Source: Alphaproteobacteria bacterium (GTDB lineage Bacteria > Pseudomonadota > Alphaproteobacteria > Rhizobiales > OSC116). From it: DNA of 64,000 nt. The DNA is taken from assembly GCA_002400495.2 (NCBI GenBank), contig NVQL02000054.1:7219-71218 (forward strand). The letters run 5' to 3'. Under the pieces are notes generated by a model. The model saw nothing but the letters and a program-made list of their open reading frames with translations, ran no database searches and was not told the origin of the DNA. Of this stretch, positions 27,319-35,916 are shown piece by piece; positions within the stretch are counted from its first letter, which is position 1; each line of letters begins with the position of its first letter. Both the position numbers and the translations under genes were made by a program.

Positions 27319-29493
27319 ATGTTGCGTCAACTCCACTCCCTACCAGGCCTATTCGCCGCCGTTTTTGTCATCATTTTGGCATTGTCAGGCGCAATCATGT
27401 CCATCGAACCCGCGTTAGACAAACTAAACGCCAAAAGCCCAACCCAAATGAATGTCGCGCAAATGGCGGCATTAGCAGTCAAAAACCACCAAGGCGTCGA
27501 ACTCATCACCCAAAGCGCCAATGGCACATTGGTGGTGCAATATTTTAATGATGATGGCGCAGGCAATGATATTTTCGACCCACAAACAGGCCAAAGCCTC
27601 AAGCCACAACAGCCCTCGGCCATTTTCGGTTTTTTCAAACTATTACACCGCACATTCTATGTCGGCACAACAGGCCGCGTGGTGGCAGGCATCGCCGTCG
27701 CAATTATGTTTTTGGCCTGCTTCTCAGGCCTGTTCATGCTGGCCAAACGCCTAGGCGGATGGCGTCATTTATTCGCCTCATCTAAGGGCAAAAAAATCCC
27801 CCGCCTACATGTCGATGTCAGCCGCCTCATCATCATCGGCCTGTTCATCACCAGCCTAACAGGCACCTATATGTCACTCGCCAAATTCGAATTTATCGAT
27901 GATGGCAAAGGCGGATTTTTACCATTTCCCGAAGCAACCTTAGGCACCGACCCCGCACCCATCGACCAGCTAACGGCACTACAAAACACCCCTCTAACCA
28001 ATCTGCGCGAGCTGCGTTTTCCTTTCCCCGATGATCCATTTGATGTTTTTACCATCATCACCGCAGATGGCCAAGGCTATATCGATCAAGCCTCAGGCGA
28101 AATGCTGGTCTACCAAGCCAACAGCCTAAACCGCAATATTTTCGAATTTTTCTATATGCTGCACACAGGGCAGGGGCTTTGGTGGCTAGGCATATTGCTC
28201 GGCCTGTCAGCTTTGGGCATCCCCATCATGGCGGTCACAGGCACAATCATCTGGTGGCGACGTCAAAAATCTTCAACCAAAATAACCGCAAATACAGCCG
28301 CCGATAAAGCCGAAATCATCATTCTAGTCGGCAGCGAAACCAATGTCACATGGGGCTTTGCCCAACATTTACAGCAAAAACTAACCGCCCAAAAAACAAA
28401 AACCCACATCGCCGCAATGAACAGCTTCAAACCCAAAACCTATAAAACCGCCCAAAAAATCATCTTCATCACCTCAACCTATGGCGATGGAACAGCCCCA
28501 GAATCGGCCAGTCAGTTTTTGCAAAAACTAGAAAAATATACCGACATCCCAAAATATAAATATGCAGTTTTAGGCTTTGGCGACAAGCAATTTAACCAAT
28601 ATTCAAAATTCGCCAATGATATTGATGCAGCCCTTCACGCAAAGGGCTGGCAGTCATTTTTACCATTGGAATCAATCAACCAACAATCATCACATGCATT
28701 CGAAGCATGGGGGCACAAATTAGCCGAAAAACTCAATCTACAACTAGAATTAAACCACATCGTTTCGCAACCGAAAATATATGAATTAACCCTCAAAACC
28801 AGCCAAGATTACAATCACAATAATGAGTTTTTCACCCGCATCTTACAATTTTCAATGCCCGAAAACATGCCCAAATTCGCCGCTGGCGATCTGGTCGCCA
28901 TCATCCCGCCCAACAGCCACATAGCGCGTTATTACTCACTTGCCACCTCTTCAACAGATGGCCTTCTCGGCATATGCGTCAGCAAAAAACAAGGCGGCCT
29001 ATGCTCACCCTATCTGCATGATTTATCTGTCGGTGATCAGCTGCAAGCTTATATTCAACCCAACGAAAATTTCAAACCCAACAAACCCAATAAGGCAAAC
29101 ACACCCATCATTATGATCGGCGCAGGCACAGGCATCGCACCCTTTATCGGCTTCATCGCCGATAACCAAACCAAACGCGACATGCATCTATATTGGGGCG
29201 GCCGCCACCCACAATCCGATGCCTTATATCAAAAACCGCTAACCGAATATTTAACCTCAAAACATTTAAGCAGTTTCAACATAGCCCATTCGCGGGTCGA
29301 AAACAGCCAATATGTGCAGCAAAAACTAACCCAAGATGTTGAAAAAATCCGCCAGCTAATGGCGCAAAACGCACAAATTATCGTTTGCGGTGGCCGCGCT
29401 ATGGCCGATAATGTTAAACAAACCTTAAGCGAAATGGGCATCGACATTGAAGCCCTAAAACGAAACAAAAGATACATTGAAGATGTCTATTAA
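27319..29493 (+). CDS. fusion protein: PepSY-associated TM domain + flavodoxin (FMN) + FAD/NAD(P)H ferredoxin-reductase domain
   Basis: N-terminal ~310 aa with several TM helices (MLRQLHSLPGLFAAVFVIILALSG...). Flavodoxin part IIILVGSETN..ITSTYGDG. FNR part RYYSLATS (RxYS) and IGAGTGIAPF. Confidence 0.8.
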   Translation: MLRQLHSLPGLFAAVFVIILALSGAIMSIEPALDKLNAKSPTQMNVAQMAALAVKNHQGVELITQSANGTLVVQYFNDDGAGNDIFDPQTGQSLKPQQPSAIFGFFKLLHRTFYVGTTGRVVAGIAVAIMFLACFSGLFMLAKRLGGWRHLFASSKGKKIPRLHVDVSRLIIIGLFITSLTGTYMSLAKFEFIDDGKGGFLPFPEATLGTDPAPIDQLTALQNTPLTNLRELRFPFPDDPFDVFTIITADGQGYIDQASGEMLVYQANSLNRNIFEFFYMLHTGQGLWWLGILLGLSALGIPIMAVTGTIIWWRRQKSSTKITANTAADKAEIIILVGSETNVTWGFAQHLQQKLTAQKTKTHIAAMNSFKPKTYKTAQKIIFITSTYGDGTAPESASQFLQKLEKYTDIPKYKYAVLGFGDKQFNQYSKFANDIDAALHAKGWQSFLPLESINQQSSHAFEAWGHKLAEKLNLQLELNHIVSQPKIYELTLKTSQDYNHNNEFFTRILQFSMPENMPKFAAGDLVAIIPPNSHIARYYSLATSSTDGLLGICVSKKQGGLCSPYLHDLSVGDQLQAYIQPNENFKPNKPNKANTPIIMIGAGTGIAPFIGFIADNQTKRDMHLYWGGRHPQSDALYQKPLTEYLTSKHLSSFNIAHSRVENSQYVQQKLTQDVEKIRQLMAQNAQIIVCGGRAMADNVKQTLSEMGIDIEALKRNKRYIEDVY

Positions 29494-30442
29494 ATATCAA
29501 AAATTTGTGGTCAATGGCCAAACCATGGGCACCTATTTCTCAGCCACATTCTTTGCCGAATTGACTTTTGATGCTGCCCCTTTGGCCAATCAATTGCAAG
29601 CCGCAGTGCAAAAAGTCGATCAACAAATGTCCAATTGGAAGGCAGATTCCGACCTCACAAAATTCAACCAAGCCCCCTGCGATATTTGGCAATCCGTACC
29701 AACTGACATGCTATATGTAATTGCCCAAGCCCAAAAAATCACCCGTTTATCCCATGGCGCATTTGATATCACCGTCGGCGATCTGGTCAACGCATGGGGT
29801 TTTGGCCCCCCACAGCCGGAGCCAAATGCCCAACAAATCAACCAGCTCACGGCCAACCAGCGGCCAGATAGCCTAACCCATCTACAGCTCGACAAACAAA
29901 ACAACCGCCTGCTCAAATCAGCCCCCTTAACGCTCGATCTATGCGGCATCGCCAAAGGCTATGGCGTCGATAAATTGGCCGAAACCTTAGAAGCAGCAGG
30001 CATCAAAAACTATCTAGTGGCCATAGACGGCGAAATGCGCGCAACAGGCGAAAAACCACAATATGAAGACGAGCCGCAATCCCAATGGAACGTCGCCATC
30101 GAGCAACCATTAGCCGATATGCGCGACATCGCGCGGGTGATCGAGCTTAAAAATGCCGCCATCGCCACATCAGGCGATTACCGCCACATGCGCGAGTTTG
30201 GCGACCAAATCGTCTCACACAGCATCGATAAAAACACCGCGTCACCCGTCATCAACCAAGTCGCCTCAGTCAGCGTCATCGCCAATAATTGCATGTTGGC
30301 CGATGCATGGGCAACAGCCTTGATGATAATGGGCGAGGCAAAAGGCCCAGAGTTCGCCAAACAAAATAATATGAACGCCCTTTTCATAATACGCGATGAG
30401 CAAGGCCTCACCGAAATCGGCATCGGCAGTTTAGCTGACTAA
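29483..30442 (+). CDS. apbE: ApbE-family FAD:protein FMN transferase
   Basis: MGTYFS, FDITVGDLV, DLCGIAKGY, IATSGDY and ADAWATAL motifs. The ATG at 29483 is preferred to the TTG at 29477. It overlaps the stop of the preceding gene. Confidence 0.85.
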   Translation: MSIKYQKFVVNGQTMGTYFSATFFAELTFDAAPLANQLQAAVQKVDQQMSNWKADSDLTKFNQAPCDIWQSVPTDMLYVIAQAQKITRLSHGAFDITVGDLVNAWGFGPPQPEPNAQQINQLTANQRPDSLTHLQLDKQNNRLLKSAPLTLDLCGIAKGYGVDKLAETLEAAGIKNYLVAIDGEMRATGEKPQYEDEPQSQWNVAIEQPLADMRDIARVIELKNAAIATSGDYRHMREFGDQIVSHSIDKNTASPVINQVASVSVIANNCMLADAWATALMIMGEAKGPEFAKQNNMNALFIIRDEQGLTEIGIGSLAD

Positions 30443-30574
30443 AAAACACGTGCTAATTATTTTCAACCATGTTAATCATACAATAAGTTGAAATGGTAAG
30501 AGCGGCACAGCCGCAAGGCCGCAAAATCTAATTTTTGCGCACTCTTTATATCACCTAAATTTCCCGAGATTAAA

Positions 30575-30946
30575 ATGACCAATAAACCACGTATAGAATC
30601 CGACCTACCACAATGCACCGATCAATGGGGTTGGACATACCACCATATGGGCATTCCCAGCCCTAAAAAACTCCCCAATATGCGCCACATCCCGCATTTA
30701 GGCATGTGGGTTTTAGGCTTCGATACCAGCCCCTATGGTGTCGAATGGATGTATTTTGACGATGACAGCATCATCGACCCACTGATTCAAAAAGTGCCAC
30801 ACCCCGCCTTCGTTGTCCCAAATTTGCGCGAAGCAATAAAAAACAAACAGCTAATGGGCGAGCCAAGCATCCCCTCTAAAGGCATAAAAGTCGCCATGAT
30901 ATTACACAATGGCGCCCCCGTAGAATTGATGCAATTTGATGAGTAG
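30575..30946 (+). CDS. small cytoplasmic protein, possibly VOC/glyoxalase-fold
   Basis: 123 aa. Pattern HHMGIP....H..F.V.NL..A......G.......G.KVAM....GAPVELMQF. Weak call. Confidence 0.4.
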   Translation: MTNKPRIESDLPQCTDQWGWTYHHMGIPSPKKLPNMRHIPHLGMWVLGFDTSPYGVEWMYFDDDSIIDPLIQKVPHPAFVVPNLREAIKNKQLMGEPSIPSKGIKVAMILHNGAPVELMQFDE

Positions 30947-30964
30947 AATCTAACGGCCTGAATA

Positions 30965-31450
30965 TTATTTTTTCAATTGTTTTTGAATTTGGCGCTTTTC
31001 CCAGTTGCCAACCATTTGGTTGATGCTGGGATTCAGCACCACATAAATGAGATGCAGCAAAAACACAACACCCCAACCAGAAACAATATAAAAAACCCCA
31101 GATCCACCTAGGTTGCGCGATTCATCCAATATCAACGCAACCATGCCAACCAAAATAAAAACCCCGGCATGCATATAAAGCCGTTTTATTTCCGTCACCC
31201 GCTCAATCGCGTCATTCATTTTATCATCTTGTGCGCCCGTCAAAGACGCTGCACTTTCTTCACTCATTTCAATGTCTCCATTTAGCTGGTTAATGTCAAT
31301 TTCAAACACCGCAGCCAAACATTTCATCGATTCGAGACTGGCATTGCCACCCCGCTCAAGCCTCTGAATGGTGCGGCTCGAGACACCTGACATTTCGGCC
31401 AATTGCTCTTGCGACCACCCATGGCTCAACCGTAAATTCCGAATTTTCAT
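30965..31450 (-). CDS. XRE-family HTH protein with C-terminal 2-TM domain
   Basis: ORF trimmed to MKIRNLRLSHGWSQEQLAEMSGVSSRTIQRLERGGNASLESMKCLAAVFEIDINQL. Two hydrophobic helices lie near the C-terminus. Confidence 0.75.
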   Translation of the reverse strand: MKIRNLRLSHGWSQEQLAEMSGVSSRTIQRLERGGNASLESMKCLAAVFEIDINQLNGDIEMSEESAASLTGAQDDKMNDAIERVTEIKRLYMHAGVFILVGMVALILDESRNLGGSGVFYIVSGWGVVFLLHLIYVVLNPSINQMVGNWEKRQIQKQLKK

Positions 31451-31560
31451 AATCAACCCATAATCCGTTGCGATGCCACCAACATATAGTTTCCACGCAG
31501 GAGAGGGAACGTCACAAAGCCGACAGCAACCCGTCATCAACCAGACGCACAAGTAAAAAT

Positions 31561-32205
31561 TTAATCTAAAACCCGAAGCTCTTCATACGAAAACATCACA
31601 TGTTTCTGAAAAGCTTCACGCGCTGTTAACTGCCCATAATAGCGCTCAATATGCACAAAATCCGCCCGCCGCATGTCCATATCAAAATACCGATACAGGC
31701 AATGCCCAAATTGAATGTCAGCCAATGTCAAACAATCACCCGCCAAAAACGCCTGTTTGCCGAGTTGCTCGTCAGCTACCTTCAAAAACTTATTCAATAT
31801 TTTAAGCGCTTTTTCAATCGCAACGGGGTCTTGTTGCGATGGCGCAGTGCGCACCAATTGCCAAAAAATTGGCACTGTAAATTTCCCGGCAACGTTAAGC
31901 TTCGCCCACTCCGCCCATTTATCAACCTGCGCTCGCGCCGCAGGCTCTTGCGGCCAAAAACCATCACCGCCGTAAACCGCCGCCAGATAACGCAATATCG
32001 CGCCAGTTTCCCATATTGCAGAATCTTGCCCATCCCGCAATACAGGCACAGTGCCATTCGGGTTCATCGCCCGAAATTCCTCGCTGTCCACCAATCCATA
32101 GGTAAACCCAGCATCAACCCGCTCAAAATCCAGCTTCAACTCATCCAAGCACCATAAGACCGATTGCACATTCGAAGAGGACTGCCGCCCCCAAATTTTC
32201 AGCAC
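31561..32205 (-). CDS. glutathione S-transferase
   Basis: GTG start. N-terminal thioredoxin-like part (SSSNVQSVLWCLDELKL, NPNGTVPVL, ESGAILRYL-like ETGAILRYL). 214 aa. Confidence 0.85.
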   Translation of the reverse strand: MLKIWGRQSSSNVQSVLWCLDELKLDFERVDAGFTYGLVDSEEFRAMNPNGTVPVLRDGQDSAIWETGAILRYLAAVYGGDGFWPQEPAARAQVDKWAEWAKLNVAGKFTVPIFWQLVRTAPSQQDPVAIEKALKILNKFLKVADEQLGKQAFLAGDCLTLADIQFGHCLYRYFDMDMRRADFVHIERYYGQLTAREAFQKHVMFSYEELRVLD

Positions 32206-32206
32206 A

Positions 32207-34507
32207 TTATTGATCCTTCAAAAACGCCGCCATCTGCACCAAAGCCGCATTCCAATTGATGGTAATTTCATTGGTCGACCAACTTTCAATGTCATCAATA
32301 TAACAAGTCTGTCCAGGGCAACCCGCATCACCAAACAGGTTCTGCACCACAGGGTCCTGAATAGAACTATTCGGCCCACCCGATAAACTACCCTTTGGCG
32401 GATGCGGTAAGTCAGCATTCAACTGCGCCGAGAACCAACGCGAATGTTGATTTTCCGAATAATGGCTACCATAACCCGTCACATAACTATTATTCAACGC
32501 ATTGCGACCCAAAATATAATCCATAGTTTCAAGCGCTCCGTCACGGTATTTCCCATCACCTGTCATTTCATAAGCCGTCGCCATCACAATGGCATTTTGA
32601 ATGATCAGATGCGTGCTGCCCCAATCATAAACACCTTTAGGCGGCGCATAAGGCATCCCAAAAATCTGCCCTGCTTGAATGTCCAAATATTTATCAGCCT
32701 GCGCCACAATAAACGCCTCATTCTGCGCCCGAATGTCAGCATCTATTTCCTGCTTGCTATAACTCAAGCTCAATCGCGCCAACATATCAGTGATGCCCCA
32801 ATCAAATGCATAATGCTTGGCAGTCGGGTCAGTCCAATGCACCGATGCCATAAAGTCAGCCTTATAACCGTCTTCACCGCTAGTCAAAAACAACTCAACA
32901 GCCACCCAGAAAAACTCATCACTCAACTCAGTGTCATTATAAGGCCCACCACCACTATTACCATCCTCAGCAGGCGCAAATAGGTCTGGCGTGGCTTTCG
33001 CCGCTGCATAAGCAGCCATCGCCGCATTTTCCAATTCAGCAGCATAGGTCGCGTCATAAGGCATAAATAACCGCGAAGCTTGCGCCGCCACAGCCGCCAA
33101 ATTCAAAGTTGCAGCAGTCGAAGGCCGATGCAATTCGCGCAATCTGTCATCCAAATGCGGCATCAACGGCAAACCAGTCCATGTACTGTCATGCACTTTA
33201 TGATGCACCAATCCAGCATGCGGCTTACCCGCAGGCACCACCATTTTCAGCATAAAATCAAGCTCCCACTTGGCTTCATCCAATATATCAGGAATGCCAT
33301 TTCCACTCTCAGGTATAGCCAACATGCCATCACCATAACCAGCTTTCGGCATGCCATCCGCAGTCAGTGAGCGCTCAAAAGTCGCCAACAATTGCCCAAC
33401 AGATATGCCACCATTGACCACATATTTACCATGGTCACCCGCGTCATACCAACCACCCGTCACATCCAATTTATAATCACAAGTCCACGCTTCGCCATAA
33501 ATACCTTGGCTAAATTCAGCCGTTTGGCAACCAACCTCTGTATCACCAGTATTCGGCGCAATGCCCAAATGCCCAGCAGGCCGCGCATATTTCGCCCCCG
33601 CCAACGCACCATCAATCTCAATGCCACTACGCACAGGGTAAAAATACGACAGCGCATCACCCAGCAAATCCTTGTACAAATCAGCACGAATAGCAAACGG
33701 ATCAGAAACCCAATCATCACCCTTTTTATTACGCACCACAATCTTAAAATCATCACCCGTAACGCTCGCATCACTAAAATCAATCAGGTGAATTTTTTCA
33801 TCACCTGCACTCGGGTCAACGCCCATATTCTTGCTAAACCCAGTGGCCACTTCACCACCCGCGGCATCCAACAAAGTCCATTTCTGCGGCGCAAATTTAT
33901 CCAACACCAAATTGGCGTGCTTTGGGCCGTCAGGCAAATAACCCAGCTGGTTAACCCGCACATTGGTGGCAGTTTCAGCTTTATATTGCGCGATGTCAGT
34001 GCCAGAATTCAGCTCCACATTGTCCAAACAAAATTGCCAAGCCGTTTTAGACCCACCAATTTGAAACACAATCTGCGCGTCTTCCATATCAACGATAGAT
34101 TTGAAATTGGCACTATAACTATCGCCATTTGGCACAGCAGGTTTGGTAACCGTCGCATAGGCCGTCCAAGGGTCAGTAGGCATTTGCACCAAGGCGCGAA
34201 TGTTGCCACCAGGCGTGCCTTTGGCCTCAAATTTAAACCCGTATTTTTCACCCTTCACCAAACCCATGTCGTTAATGCCAACAATCACATCCCACGGGTT
34301 ACCAGTATTGGCAGGCACATCCACACATAATTGCCCATCAACCAAAGCAGGCGTCACATTATCAGTGCCCCACCATATATCTGTGTTTTCATCAAAACTG
34401 TGGTTTCTAATCAGGTTCTCGGCCATAACGGCAGTTGCAGGCAGTAAAATAGCCGCAGTTAAACCAATTAATTTACAAAAATCATTAAGTTTATAAGTCA
34501 AAATCAT
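32207..34507 (-). CDS. secreted glycoside hydrolase family 9 endoglucanase with N-terminal CBM4/9-like and Ig-like (CelD_N) modules
   Basis: ORF trimmed to MILTYKLNDFCKLIGLTAAILLPATAVMA. Also VRVNQLGYLP, GGWYDAGDHGKYVVNG, SLSGGPN and NEITINWNAALV motifs. Confidence 0.85.
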   Translation of the reverse strand: MILTYKLNDFCKLIGLTAAILLPATAVMAENLIRNHSFDENTDIWWGTDNVTPALVDGQLCVDVPANTGNPWDVIVGINDMGLVKGEKYGFKFEAKGTPGGNIRALVQMPTDPWTAYATVTKPAVPNGDSYSANFKSIVDMEDAQIVFQIGGSKTAWQFCLDNVELNSGTDIAQYKAETATNVRVNQLGYLPDGPKHANLVLDKFAPQKWTLLDAAGGEVATGFSKNMGVDPSAGDEKIHLIDFSDASVTGDDFKIVVRNKKGDDWVSDPFAIRADLYKDLLGDALSYFYPVRSGIEIDGALAGAKYARPAGHLGIAPNTGDTEVGCQTAEFSQGIYGEAWTCDYKLDVTGGWYDAGDHGKYVVNGGISVGQLLATFERSLTADGMPKAGYGDGMLAIPESGNGIPDILDEAKWELDFMLKMVVPAGKPHAGLVHHKVHDSTWTGLPLMPHLDDRLRELHRPSTAATLNLAAVAAQASRLFMPYDATYAAELENAAMAAYAAAKATPDLFAPAEDGNSGGGPYNDTELSDEFFWVAVELFLTSGEDGYKADFMASVHWTDPTAKHYAFDWGITDMLARLSLSYSKQEIDADIRAQNEAFIVAQADKYLDIQAGQIFGMPYAPPKGVYDWGSTHLIIQNAIVMATAYEMTGDGKYRDGALETMDYILGRNALNNSYVTGYGSHYSENQHSRWFSAQLNADLPHPPKGSLSGGPNSSIQDPVVQNLFGDAGCPGQTCYIDDIESWSTNEITINWNAALVQMAAFLKDQ

Positions 34508-34684
34508 CCCTCTTTTGATTATACTGTAGAAATTTAAAATATTGAAAATAGTTATACTCAAACATAGTTTAAAATCGCAAAGTAAAACTGTCAACGAGTG
34601 GTTTTCAATTGGTACTATATTGAATGTTAGACAATTGATAAAGCTAATGTTATCACTATAAAAAAATATTTAAGAGGCATAAAT

Positions 34685-35539
34685 ATGCAGCGCATTGACT
34701 CACATCAGCATTTTTGGCAGCTCAGCCGTGGCGATTATGATTGGCTAACACCAGAGCTTGGCGTCATCCATCGCGATTTTGGCGCAGATGATTTAAAACC
34801 ACTCATCGATAAAGCCAATATCGACGGCACCATCATCGTGCAAGCCGCCTCCAGCGTCGCCGAAACCGAATATATGTTATCCATCGCCGATCAAAATGAG
34901 TGGATTTTCGGCGTGGTCGGTTGGGTCGATATGCTCGCAGATGACGCATCAGATGTCATCAAGCGCCTCGCCAAAAACCCCAAACTCGTCGGCATTCGCG
35001 CCGCCATCGAAGGCAATGATGACCATGAATGGATCTTGCAACCACAACTCGCCCCCGCCATCCAAACCCTCATCGACCTACACTTAACCTTCGATTGCCA
35101 AGGCCGCGTCTGGCTGCTCAAAACCCTGCTAAAATTCTTCAAAACTTATCCCGACCTACGCTGCGTAATCGACCATTGCGCCAAACCACTCATTAAAGAC
35201 GGCATCATGCAACCATGGGCAGATGAGATTGCCGAGATTGCCCAAAATACCAACGCCTTCTGCAAACTTTCAGGCCTGTCTACCGAGGCCGATCATCACA
35301 AATGGACAAAAGCCGACATCGCCCCCTATGCCAAACATGTGCTAGAGCAATTCGGCGCCGATCGCGTCATGTATGGCAGCGATTGGCCAGTGGTAAACCT
35401 AGGCGCAGATTACCAGTCATGGTATGAAGCCGTAGTTCATTTCACCAGCGAAATGACTGAACAAGAACAGCAAGCCGTCTTCGGCGGTACAGCCATGAAA
35501 TTCTACCTAACCCGAGGCCTACATGACCTATTCGGGTGA
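34685..35539 (+). CDS. Amidohydro_2-family metal-dependent hydrolase (fuconolactonase-like)
   Basis: MQRIDSHQHFW (HxH), IDHCAKP, YGSDWPV, and 284 aa. Confidence 0.8.
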   Translation: MQRIDSHQHFWQLSRGDYDWLTPELGVIHRDFGADDLKPLIDKANIDGTIIVQAASSVAETEYMLSIADQNEWIFGVVGWVDMLADDASDVIKRLAKNPKLVGIRAAIEGNDDHEWILQPQLAPAIQTLIDLHLTFDCQGRVWLLKTLLKFFKTYPDLRCVIDHCAKPLIKDGIMQPWADEIAEIAQNTNAFCKLSGLSTEADHHKWTKADIAPYAKHVLEQFGADRVMYGSDWPVVNLGADYQSWYEAVVHFTSEMTEQEQQAVFGGTAMKFYLTRGLHDLFG

Positions 35540-35870
35540 CGATTTCTATTGCGACATGGCACTCAGCGGCAAGGTCAAAATCAACATTGTCGCCGAGACC
35601 GAACATGTGTTGGCCTTTCACCACACCAAACCATTTTGGCCAGTGCACATCGTCGTCATCCCCAAAGCCCATGTCCCAAGTTTTACCGATTTGGGCGAAC
35701 ATGACGAGTAAACATTACTACACGTCATCCGCATGGCCCAAAAAATCGCCAAACAAGTCACAACTGAACATGGCGCCGCCGCCGTATTAACCAATCTGGG
35801 CGAATATCAAGACAGCAAGCACCTACATTTTCATATAAGTTTCGGCACGCCATTAAACTCCAAATCGTAA
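35523..35870 (+). pseudogene. HIT-family protein gene interrupted by an in-frame TAA (35709..35711)
   Basis: ORF 35523..35711 (..LAFHHTKPFWPVHIVVIPKAHV..) continues in the same frame after the TAA as TLLHVIRMAQKIAKQV..NLGEYQDSKHLHFHISFG. HLHFHI is the histidine triad. The total of 348 nt is a multiple of 3. Confidence 0.7.
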
Positions 35871-35916
35871 AGGCTTGTCAGGGTTACGATAAACCTGTTT
35901 CTTCAACGACCAAAAA

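Noticed and set aside
33392-34330. 312-aa antisense ORF inside the GH9 gene. Similar cases: 15076..15660 in the lipoprotein gene and 49000..49614 in the MCP gene.
   Set aside because: These are Arg/His/Ile-rich or Ser/Ala-rich shadow frames. The opposite strand carries clear family motifs.
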